Below, piece by piece: positions 1-8,789 of a stretch of DNA of 64,000 bases. This DNA is from a virus: IMG/VR virus record IMGVR_UViG_3300035047_000236; one strand, 5' to 3'. A model generated the notes under the pieces. It searched no databases, was not told the origin of the DNA, and saw only the letters and a list, made by a program, of their open reading frames with translations. How positions within the stretch are numbered: position 1 is the first letter of the stretch; every line of letters starts with the position of its first letter. A program made the position numbers and the translations under genes.

Positions 1-1810
1 TATAATCTTTAGGTTGATTTGTTTTTTTATCTAATTCTCCCTCAATTTTGAATTCGTTTTGAATTAATAGTCCTCCAACAAATTCTCTATAAAATTTTAA
101 TTTAGAAAACACTATACCATCAGGAGACTCTTGAAATACCATTATTATATTCTCATTCAAGCCTGAATATGTATCATTAGAGTATAAAATTGGTACCTCA
201 GTTATAAAAGAAGAATTTGTTTTTGGAAGTATATCAGATACAACTTTTTCTGGTTTAATTTTTTTTAATAGTTCTATTATATTAGAAAATAAACTGTAGA
301 ATTTAGAAAAATTCTTCTCACCCAAATCTATTCTAATATCTAACATACAATCATAATTATATATTAGTTTTGGCATAACACTATAAATTTCTTTGTCACT
401 TATATTAATTGCAAAAACTGGCTCTTCATAAAACACTTTACCGTAAACCATCATGTTGGCATGTCCTAACAAGTTACTTTCGAAAATAAGATCTCCATCA
501 AAAAACGACATATTACCTTCATCATCTGAGTAAGTTAAAACCCTATTAGCATCAAATCTGTTCTTTATTATAGGATCTAAAGATAAAATTTCAAGTTGTC
601 TTACAAGTGTAGGAAAATTGTTAAGTTTATCATCTACTTTTGTACCTTCAGACAAAATTAAATGCTCGCTTTCAACATTAAAAACATCAAAATTTTCCAT
701 ATAGGTTTTATATGATGGTATTTCATACTCTTTTACAAAACCATCTTCCCCATATACAAGGCTTATATCTCCTTTTAGATACCTATGTTTGCTATCCTCA
801 GACTCTTCACCTTCTTCAGATTTTGTGCTTGATTCTGTATAATTTCCATGCCAAGAATATATGTTTCCCTCATCAGCAAAATATCTTTCTATTTGTTCCT
901 TTTTCCAATTATTTTCCCTAAAATAATATCTAATTTCATGTACCTGTTCTGCTAATATTGGGTCCCCATCTCTCATATACTCATCAACACAATATTCCCA
1001 ACAAATACCAGAGTAATAATCACACTCTGGTTTACATCCGTTACATGGGGCTCCAAACTCATCACTAAAATCACTATGAATAGAAGTATCATTAGGATTA
1101 TAACAAGTCCAAACAGAGCTTAATTCCACAACCCCTTCATCATTTACAATAAAGGGGCTATAAGAGTCCTGCCACCACCTACATTTGGACAAAACTGCTC
1201 TTATATTATATATAACAAAATTGAAAGGAAGTTTTAATTCAAAGTCACTTATAGGAGAAAAAACACCAGGAGGTGTTGTAAAATCTGTATCATCACTTGC
1301 TACTAGTCTTCCAAACCCCATGTGATAAGGAGAATATCCAGAACATGTGGTATCTGTACCAGAACCATCACAATTACCATCATTATAACCATTTATAGCA
1401 TCAAAACTAAATTCTAGTACTTCATAACCAGATAAGTCTAAAACAGAATCCTTTCCGGTTTCTTCATCTACATGGTTTCCTTTGGAATAAACCCATTTTT
1501 TACCTGTCTCCCTATTACATACATGTCTTTCAGGATCTGGTAAAATACATCTTGGTTTCTTACTTCCAGGAGACGGTGACTCATACATACTACAAGATAG
1601 GTGGGTACCTATTAAATTACAATACGGTGCCTTACTAGGAAGCGTTAGATCACCTAATTCTGTTGTTTCTCCAGCATCGGCGGCTTCTTGAATTTTGGTT
1701 TCTGCATAAGTACAAATCTTATAAGAATCATCCCAGTAAACACACTGAAGAGGTTCATGTATACTCCAGTATTGACACTTATTTATAGGTTTTGTTTCAT
1801 CAGTAGTCAA
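1..1810 (-). CDS. Cys-rich protein of unknown function, probably a virion/tail protein; partial, runs off the window edge; missing from the ORF track
   Basis: Hand translation from TTG at 1810 (TTG ACT ACT GAT GAA ACA AAA CCT...) stays open to base 2 with no stop, about 603 codons. Cys/Trp-rich N-half (CQYW, CVYW, CNGCKPECDYYSGICWEYC). Starts 3 nt after the stop of the upstream gene. Confidence 0.85.
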   Translation of the reverse strand, partial: MTTDETKPINKCQYWSIHEPLQCVYWDDSYKICTYAETKIQEAADAGETTELGDLTLPSKAPYCNLIGTHLSCSMYESPSPGSKKPRCILPDPERHVCNRETGKKWVYSKGNHVDEETGKDSVLDLSGYEVLEFSFDAINGYNDGNCDGSGTDTTCSGYSPYHMGFGRLVASDDTDFTTPPGVFSPISDFELKLPFNFVIYNIRAVLSKCRWWQDSYSPFIVNDEGVVELSSVWTCYNPNDTSIHSDFSDEFGAPCNGCKPECDYYSGICWEYCVDEYMRDGDPILAEQVHEIRYYFRENNWKKEQIERYFADEGNIYSWHGNYTESSTKSEEGEESEDSKHRYLKGDISLVYGEDGFVKEYEIPSYKTYMENFDVFNVESEHLILSEGTKVDDKLNNFPTLVRQLEILSLDPIIKNRFDANRVLTYSDDEGNMSFFDGDLIFESNLLGHANMMVYGKVFYEEPVFAINISDKEIYSVMPKLIYNYDCMLDIRIDLGEKNFSKFYSLFSNIIELLKKIKPEKVVSDILPKTNSSFITEVPILYSNDTYSGLNENIIMVFQESPDGIVFSKLKFYREFVGGLLIQNEFKIEGELDKKTNQPKDY

Positions 1811-1812
1811 AT

Positions 1813-2118
1813 CTATTCACCATCTATAACTTTTATTTCAAATTTACCTGTGTTTTCATCTACCATATAACAAACTTTGGTCGCTCCCTCATAATATCCT
1901 ATACATCGTCTTTCCATTCTAAAGGATTCTGATATACCTGGAACCAAAGACGCTCTGTTTTTAATAAAATATGCTTGTTTTCCAGAAAGGTCCCACCTTC
2001 TACCATCAAACAATAAAGAAAGTTTTTTTATTTTTACTTTAGGAACATCTCTCCAATTACTATCTTGTTCTCTCATTACTTTTCCATTATTTAATTCTAC
2101 TTCCCATCCTCTACGCAT
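1813..2118 (-). CDS. hypothetical phage protein (about 101 aa)
   Basis: ORF track gives 1813..2160. ATG at 2118 (MRRGWEV) follows AAGGAG and overlaps the upstream stop, so it is the likelier start. Confidence 0.7.
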   Translation of the reverse strand: MRRGWEVELNNGKVMREQDSNWRDVPKVKIKKLSLLFDGRRWDLSGKQAYFIKNRASLVPGISESFRMERRCIGYYEGATKVCYMVDENTGKFEIKVIDGE

Positions 2119-2323
2119 TTTTATTATCTCCTTTACCTTTTTGTTTTTTAGAAAGACCATAGTTATCGCGCGCCCATCCTGTTCCTTTTAAACAAAAGTT
2201 ACATGTAGATATTACTTTTAACATAGTACCACCACACACATCACATTTTTTTCCTCTTATGTTTGACGGTACTATAGCCTCCGTCTCATTACCACAAGAG
2301 CACCTAAATTCATAAATTGGCAT
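2111..2323 (-). CDS. FmdB-family zinc-ribbon protein
   Basis: MPIYEFRCSCG...CDVCGG.MLKVIS..NF.LKGTGWA matches the FmdB zinc-ribbon pattern (MP.YEY.C..CG...CP.CG...R.IS..F.KGSGWY). GGAGG RBS. Confidence 0.85.
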   Translation of the reverse strand: MPIYEFRCSCGNETEAIVPSNIRGKKCDVCGGTMLKVISTCNFCLKGTGWARDNYGLSKKQKGKGDNKNA

Positions 2324-2334
2324 ATTAAACCCTC

Positions 2335-2550
2335 CTATCCAAATAAAAAATCTAAAAAACTTTTCTTAGGAAAATCTTCTTCATTTGTTTCTGCTCTTTT
2401 AATAGCCACATCTATCTGACTTTTAGTAAAAAGAGATCTAACAATATCACCGTTATCAGTTACAATCTCTGCTGGATAATATTCAGAAGTTTCTCCAAAA
2501 ACATGATCTTTATTATCTACTATTTCATTTAAGTAAATCTTAGACTTCAT
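2335..2550 (-). CDS. hypothetical protein
   Basis: 71-aa ORF with an RBS, tightly packed in the operon. Confidence 0.6.
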   Translation of the reverse strand: MKSKIYLNEIVDNKDHVFGETSEYYPAEIVTDNGDIVRSLFTKSQIDVAIKRAETNEEDFPKKSFLDFLFG

Positions 2551-3631
2551 TTATTTTCTCCTTTACTTCGCTCTGTGTTATCATTTCTATATCTATACCA
2601 TTAGAAAGTAAAAACTCTATTTTAATTTGGTCTAATTCAGTAATATATCCTTTAACTTCTACAAACTTATTTTCTTTTGGAAAGAAAAAATCTGGTGTAT
2701 ATGTTCTTCTTTTTCCCTCACCATCTATGTATGGAAATGTTTTATATTCATATAACCAATCAATGTTTTCTTTATCCAAAAGCGATGCATATGTTGCCTC
2801 CAATTTGGATCTTAGAGTGATTTTTCCTTGGTTAGGTGAATCATATTCAACCAAGGTTCCTCTGTTGTTTTTATAATTGTGGTTGATAACAGCTTTTTCT
2901 GATATATTACATGTTCTAACAGATTCATTTCTTTTTGCTGTGGCACTCTTTCCGAAAAATTTTCTAAATTGTCTAGTTAGTGCGTGTCTTTCTATACCTG
3001 TCTCTTTACTTATATCTCCTAATGACATATCGCTGTCAAAATATTGTTTCATCATATTGTATTGGTATGTTAGGTGGTCTTTACATTTTTTTGACTTCAT
3101 TGATAAGTGCTGATTTAGTTTATTAACTAGGACACTACACACTGGACATGGGACACAGGAACTTAAATCTCTTTTCGATTCTTCATAACAATTATAACAT
3201 AACCCGTCTTTAACATGATGGGTTTCGGTTGTGCCACACAATCTGCACTTATCATAATACCAAGACCAAGCACCAAAATTCCTTTGTACTTTACCTTTAT
3301 TCCTACTAATAATATTACCACGACATTTTGTACAAAAACCTTTTGATTTATGAGGTCTATCAGTTCTTCCACACCCCACACACATATCAAATTTTATGGA
3401 CCATTTTCCTATATTTTTCTTTTTTCTATTATATAAATCAAATCTATAACATTTAGTACACAAACCTCTTCCTACATGTCGTCTTTCTGTAGTTCCACAT
3501 ACAACACATTCACTATGTTTAATAGACCACCTATCACCAAGAGAAAATCTATCTATAATTACATTGTGACCATGAATAAAAATATTACCTTCTTTTACTT
3601 CACAGCCACAACCACATTTACACAAGGACAT
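2540..3631 (-). CDS. free-standing endonuclease: tandem zinc-finger repeats plus C-terminal PD-(D/E)XK (TnsA/T7 endo I-like) domain
   Basis: Three W-x5-CxxCGxTxxxHxxxxxCxxC repeats. C-terminus reads LRSKLEATYA...YEYKTF...YTPDF...FVEVKGY. Confidence 0.75.
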   Translation of the reverse strand: MSLCKCGCGCEVKEGNIFIHGHNVIIDRFSLGDRWSIKHSECVVCGTTERRHVGRGLCTKCYRFDLYNRKKKNIGKWSIKFDMCVGCGRTDRPHKSKGFCTKCRGNIISRNKGKVQRNFGAWSWYYDKCRLCGTTETHHVKDGLCYNCYEESKRDLSSCVPCPVCSVLVNKLNQHLSMKSKKCKDHLTYQYNMMKQYFDSDMSLGDISKETGIERHALTRQFRKFFGKSATAKRNESVRTCNISEKAVINHNYKNNRGTLVEYDSPNQGKITLRSKLEATYASLLDKENIDWLYEYKTFPYIDGEGKRRTYTPDFFFPKENKFVEVKGYITELDQIKIEFLLSNGIDIEMITQSEVKEKINEV

Positions 3632-3651
3632 TTTTTATCTCCTACAGCTTT

Positions 3652-5226
3652 TTAAGAGTAATCAAGGTAAGTTCTAAGGTTGATGGTACTATTTGATCCT
3701 GTCTCAGCTGATCCCAATTTAATATTTACCCACATAGGATCTGAAACTAAACCAAAATTACCAACACTTTCACTATCATCAGCATTAGTTACCACAGATA
3801 AATTTCCCTTAGTATGATATAGATATGAAGGAGCTATATCATTACTTATATCTGAGGGCTGAACACTGGGCCACCATTCTATCCCTGTGTTAGGAGATAT
3901 CCCTGAACTATTGCCTGGACCAACAGTTCCAAACCTAAACATAGTGTCGCTGTTTCCTTCATTATGATGCTCAAAAGTTCCATGATTTTGCAAACCAAAT
4001 TTAACTGTAGACAACTCTACAGCACCACTTACTATTTCAAACATAACACACTTGACTGGAGATTCTGTACTTACAGTTACATTTCCATAATTCAAAGATG
4101 TTATATTGTATGCTGAAGGTTTAGGAGCAGAACATATAACATAAAATTCGTCTCCTGCACTTAACTCATCAGGACCAACAGGATTAAATCTTATACTTAA
4201 ACCCCTAGACCCTAGTTGTGTAAAAGAACTAGAAGAAGATGTTATAGGTGTTGCACTATCATCTCCCCTATTAGAAGAGTATACATACTGTGCTGTTCCT
4301 GGAGAAGCTGAAGCATTAGTTCCTTGAGCATAATCAGGTTTATAGCAATTTATTGTCCAGGCTGGGTCTGCCTGATTAAAAACAGCATCAGAAAACTTCA
4401 CCATAAGGCCATAATCACCTATTTTATACCAATGATCTGGATATAGAAGTTCTGTATATGTAGTAGAATCATCTGTTCCTGTCGATGTCCAACTAATTCT
4501 AGGCACATTGTCTGTAGTGGCCCCCATAGTTGAACCGTTTGTTACATCCACAGCTATTACATATGTAATATTAGATGGACCATTAAATGTACCTCCAGTA
4601 ATCATAGTTCCAGAATATGAATTGCCTAAACCTTTAGTAGGGGTTGCAATACCTCTTGGTGCAGATACAGCCTCAGTAAAAGAATCGCTACTTACAACTA
4701 TTTTATACACCTCATCACTAAACCCATAATAAGTACCGCTAATTGTTACGTCACCAAAAAACCCATTAGAACTAGCGGCCCCACCTTCTTCTACCTTATC
4801 ATTAAAACCCAAAGTAGGACCAGCAGAGTCTGTTCCAGCTGATGTTACTACTACACTAGAGGAAGACCCTAGTGTTCCTGAGTATATCTCAAACCTATTA
4901 CCGCTACTACCACTATTTACCCACTCACATATAGCATTATCATATCTTGGATTAGCTTTACCAAGGTTGTGTAGTTTCTCAGTTATATCTTTTGCTAAAA
5001 ATCTAGGGTCTAACTCAGAACCGCTATACAGTGTTATATATGGCGCACTATCTCCATCTATACTTACATAAAGTCTATTTGTTGTAGGTCCTATATCAAA
5101 TGTGTCACCTACACTACCTATACCTCTACAAAAACCCCTGGTGCCCTTACATCCATTACCTCCGCCATCATTTGCTATACCAACAGCGTCAGTATCATAA
5201 GCCACCCATCTAGTTATAGCACTCAT
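3652..5226 (-). CDS. virion structural protein (524 aa, Gly/Ser/Thr-rich, beta-rich)
   Basis: Composition and position in the tail cluster. Shares a segment with the 15440..16420 protein. Strong AGGAGG RBS. Confidence 0.6.
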   Translation of the reverse strand: MSAITRWVAYDTDAVGIANDGGGNGCKGTRGFCRGIGSVGDTFDIGPTTNRLYVSIDGDSAPYITLYSGSELDPRFLAKDITEKLHNLGKANPRYDNAICEWVNSGSSGNRFEIYSGTLGSSSSVVVTSAGTDSAGPTLGFNDKVEEGGAASSNGFFGDVTISGTYYGFSDEVYKIVVSSDSFTEAVSAPRGIATPTKGLGNSYSGTMITGGTFNGPSNITYVIAVDVTNGSTMGATTDNVPRISWTSTGTDDSTTYTELLYPDHWYKIGDYGLMVKFSDAVFNQADPAWTINCYKPDYAQGTNASASPGTAQYVYSSNRGDDSATPITSSSSSFTQLGSRGLSIRFNPVGPDELSAGDEFYVICSAPKPSAYNITSLNYGNVTVSTESPVKCVMFEIVSGAVELSTVKFGLQNHGTFEHHNEGNSDTMFRFGTVGPGNSSGISPNTGIEWWPSVQPSDISNDIAPSYLYHTKGNLSVVTNADDSESVGNFGLVSDPMWVNIKLGSAETGSNSTINLRTYLDYS

Positions 5227-5262
5227 TTATTAATTTCCTCCTTATAAATCTTTTTTTTATTA

Positions 5263-6618
5263 TCATGGTGATTCTATAGTAAAACTATACACAAAAGGAG
5301 CCATAACATTGCCACTATGATCTTTAACACCTGAAACAGTAACAGTGTAAGTTTTGCCATAGAAGAATGCTGTACTCTGAGGGTATATACTGAAGTTTAT
5401 ATCGCTACTTAAATTAAATGCAGCACTAATACTTGCACCTAAATTAAAAGACTCATAATCAACTGTATCAAAATAATAAGCTACACCCTCATAATTTTTA
5501 CAAAACGCTTTATTACTAGCCGTACTTCTTATATAAACTCTTGAATTTGGTTTCCAACTTACAACCTCATTAAGTTCTAAATTGTAACCATATAACAAAT
5601 AAAAATCTTGATCCAGAACTTCTCCTATAGAACTTTCAGCATAAATGCTTAGAACTATCTCACCGTCAGAGTAATAATCATCTTCTGGATCAAAATAAAT
5701 TCTTTTTCCGTTTGGTATATCTTCAATACTTATACCACTTAAAGTTGTTCCATCCTTTTGTATATAGATGCTTGATTCGTCTATACCATAAATGTAATCA
5801 ATTAAATCTATACTTCCTATAGACGACGCTTCTATAAACTCATCAGGTTCTATAAAAAATCCGCCAACAAACAAGCTCCTGGTTTTAATATCCGACATCA
5901 CAGAATGACCATATTTTAATTTAGAATTAAATAGGTCACTTCTTACATATGTTCTTTTTCCTGGATATATATTTATATCCGAACCAATTAGATCTGTTGT
6001 TAGTTCAGACACATATAAATCTTTTTTTACAAAAAGATTTTTTAGTTCAGATGAGTACACATCATCTTTAACTATTGAAACTCTTCCTGAGCTTTGTTTT
6101 ATATCACACCCAATTATATCATTAGTTCCAGAATTAGCACAAAAAACATTACTAACTATTCCAAAATAAATTGCTGCTGCTAGAGACACCTCATTATGTG
6201 TATCAATTTCTGTTAATATTGTTCCTATATTTACTCTAAAACTATAATTTACATCGTGTGAACCGTTATTCATAAATCCCTGAACAAAGAATAAAGACGG
6301 TAAATCTTCGTATTCAGGATTGGTATTCTGTTTCCATATATTTATAGCTGTGCTAATATAGTCTGGATCTTTTAAATCACTTACATCTAAACCTAAATTA
6401 AAACTAGAGTATGATTCATTAGTATTACTAATTAGTAAATCTGATACTATATTGTTGTTTCCTTCATATACATATTCAGCTATTGGTAATTCTATGTTTA
6501 CAACCTCTTCCCCATCCCCTGTCTCATAGAATATAGAGCTTATTGGTAAACTAGTCCTGCCTGAAGATGTTGTCACAAACCTGATTACATCAGGTATATC
6601 TGTTTCATAAGAAAACAT
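5263..6618 (-). CDS. structural protein with C-terminal Ig-like (SbsA/Big_5-like) module
   Basis: Ends YGKTYTVTVSGVKDHSGNVMAPFVYSFTIE, typical of Big_5-type Ig domains. Confidence 0.55.
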   Translation of the reverse strand: MFSYETDIPDVIRFVTTSSGRTSLPISSIFYETGDGEEVVNIELPIAEYVYEGNNNIVSDLLISNTNESYSSFNLGLDVSDLKDPDYISTAINIWKQNTNPEYEDLPSLFFVQGFMNNGSHDVNYSFRVNIGTILTEIDTHNEVSLAAAIYFGIVSNVFCANSGTNDIIGCDIKQSSGRVSIVKDDVYSSELKNLFVKKDLYVSELTTDLIGSDINIYPGKRTYVRSDLFNSKLKYGHSVMSDIKTRSLFVGGFFIEPDEFIEASSIGSIDLIDYIYGIDESSIYIQKDGTTLSGISIEDIPNGKRIYFDPEDDYYSDGEIVLSIYAESSIGEVLDQDFYLLYGYNLELNEVVSWKPNSRVYIRSTASNKAFCKNYEGVAYYFDTVDYESFNLGASISAAFNLSSDINFSIYPQSTAFFYGKTYTVTVSGVKDHSGNVMAPFVYSFTIESP

Positions 6619-6629
6619 TAATTACAAAC

Positions 6630-7628
6630 CTATGTATATTGATAATGAAGTGTGGTTACAAAATCATAATTGCCAGCAGTAATTGAATCTGTCAGATTTA
6701 TTAATCTTGGAAAAAACGCCAAGTATTCACCATACATATTAGGCTCTATATTATGTATTAAATCAAAGTAACCATAGTATAAATCATCTCCTTTTAACAC
6801 CTGCTCATAAGAAGGAGGATAAACCATACTTTTTTCATTAATAAAACCACCAGTATAAAAATCTGTATTTGATGTTTTAAATGTAGCAACATCTACTACA
6901 TAGTGTTCACCGTCAAGTAACAAGTTATTGGTTGTAGAATGTGTATCATCATCCCAAGCAGTTAATTTACAGTTATAAGCCTCTCCAAAAGTAACATCAA
7001 AAACTATAGAAGATTCCTTATTTAATCTAGATTCTATACTATAAGATGCTTCATATTCTTGGTAATATAAATTATTCCCACCTATTGTCCCACTTGCAGA
7101 AGGTACAGCCAATGAGCCACTTATAACAGCATCACCAACAACAGAGTCAAACCTTACATAAACCGTTCCTTTCTCTATTCCTGATAAAGTTGTTGTATCC
7201 TCATAAGTAGCATATGAATCCTGTCCTATAATACCATAGTTATCTCTATCAAAATATACTATAGATGGTTCGGTAGGCGTGCTTAACTTAAACCCTGAAC
7301 CGCCAAAAGCACCCACTCCGTAATCATGCCAAACCGCCAATTCATTATCAGAAGCAAAATCAAACGTTCCGCTCAAAAGAGTAAGTTTTGGAAAAAACCC
7401 ATCAAATTCAGTACCTGCTTCTTGATCATTTACTATTCTATACATATAATCTGTTGTTTCGTACCAAGTACCTAAATATTTTGCCCCAGGCTGGGCATGA
7501 GATCTTGTTCCAGCCACAGCAGGTGTATCTATGTTTGGACTAGTAAAAACAACCTTTACCAACTCGTAGTATCCTGAAGAACCTCCAGGAGGAGAAACCC
7601 AAATCTTTTTATTTATTGTTACAGCCAT
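6630..7628 (-). CDS. putative virion structural protein
   Basis: 332 aa. Shares a WDDxTxSTTN motif and C-terminal layout with 8106..8765. Confidence 0.5.
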   Translation of the reverse strand: MAVTINKKIWVSPPGGSSGYYELVKVVFTSPNIDTPAVAGTRSHAQPGAKYLGTWYETTDYMYRIVNDQEAGTEFDGFFPKLTLLSGTFDFASDNELAVWHDYGVGAFGGSGFKLSTPTEPSIVYFDRDNYGIIGQDSYATYEDTTTLSGIEKGTVYVRFDSVVGDAVISGSLAVPSASGTIGGNNLYYQEYEASYSIESRLNKESSIVFDVTFGEAYNCKLTAWDDDTHSTTNNLLLDGEHYVVDVATFKTSNTDFYTGGFINEKSMVYPPSYEQVLKGDDLYYGYFDLIHNIEPNMYGEYLAFFPRLINLTDSITAGNYDFVTTLHYQYT

Positions 7629-7643
7629 ATTATAATATCCTCT

Positions 7644-8096
7644 CTAACAAGACATTTTCCACTGGTTTGAATTAATGCTTTTATCCAAATGTGAAATAAC
7701 TACATCTCCTATTTTATACTTACTAATATTGTCCTCTTTTAATATTATCTTATATTTAATTATTTTACCATCTCCCATACAATTTACATGTATAGCATGA
7801 AATAATTTAAACCCTTCTACAGATTCACTAACCTCTATGGTTGGTAAGTAGCTATGAAACTTTGGTATATTTATAACATGGCCTGTAGATAATTTAAACT
7901 GTAACAGTTTAATACCATCTTTAACGTTAGACCACCCTGTATCAAATAAATTGTTGCCAATTATAGAGGTTCCGTCTTCATAATGAGCTATAAATTTTGT
8001 TTTATATGGATTTACCATATTTAGTTTGTTGTGCCTGCCATATACAGTACCATCTAAAGCATCTAAATGTCTAATTGGTTTAATTCTTTTATCCAT
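7644..8096 (-). CDS. hypothetical protein
   Basis: 150-aa ORF with GGAG RBS, operon-packed. Confidence 0.6.
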   Translation of the reverse strand: MDKRIKPIRHLDALDGTVYGRHNKLNMVNPYKTKFIAHYEDGTSIIGNNLFDTGWSNVKDGIKLLQFKLSTGHVINIPKFHSYLPTIEVSESVEGFKLFHAIHVNCMGDGKIIKYKIILKEDNISKYKIGDVVISHLDKSINSNQWKMSC

Positions 8097-8105
8097 TAAA
8101 TTCTC

Positions 8106-8765
8106 CTATATATATAAGTACCTATAACCTTCTATAGGTTGATCATGTGTAAATTCTAAATCCCATGGGATTGCTGCATACATACTATAATAAACGGTTT
8201 CATTTTGAATATTATCTACTCCTTTTAATCTAAGTCTATTATTATATCCTGCCAAATATTCTGCATTTGTTGAAGAGCCATTCCACCCAGATGGTGGACT
8301 TTCTGATGTTGTCCTTATAGCATTAAAAATAGAATGATTATAGTTAACTGTTCCAGACAAAGTTGGTAAATTGGTTGTAGAAAAAGTATTATCGTCCCAC
8401 ATTTCAAGATACAAATCACTTGTTATAAGTCCATCAACATATACACCAAAAACATATCTATTTGTATTTGGTTGCCCACTAGCTAAAGGAACATGGTACA
8501 TAATATTATCATTGTATGACTCTATATATATCTGAGGTACAGGGTAAACTCCTACGCTGGGTCTTATTGTAGCCTCTCTTCTACCATAGACTGCTGTTGG
8601 TGTTTCTAAAGACTGATGAATACCACCACCAGTATAAACTTTTATATCTGGAACAGTCCCTGACATATCTATCTCTTTCCAATTTCCTGATGGACCTCCA
8701 GATCCTGGATACGGTGTGTCTGTATCTGAGTAATTATATATAAAAGATAAAATTGGTTCTGACAT
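8106..8765 (-). CDS. putative virion structural protein
   Basis: 219 aa. LEMWDDNTFSTTN resembles LTAWDDDTHSTTN in 6630..7628. Confidence 0.5.
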   Translation of the reverse strand: MSEPILSFIYNYSDTDTPYPGSGGPSGNWKEIDMSGTVPDIKVYTGGGIHQSLETPTAVYGRREATIRPSVGVYPVPQIYIESYNDNIMYHVPLASGQPNTNRYVFGVYVDGLITSDLYLEMWDDNTFSTTNLPTLSGTVNYNHSIFNAIRTTSESPPSGWNGSSTNAEYLAGYNNRLRLKGVDNIQNETVYYSMYAAIPWDLEFTHDQPIEGYRYLYI

Positions 8766-8789
8766 AACTTCCTCCTACTAAATTAAAGG

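Noticed and set aside
3652-5226. Tail sheath assignment for the 524-aa protein
   Set aside because: It is far from the tube gene and lacks recognisable sheath C-terminal motifs. Only a loosely similar segment was seen.
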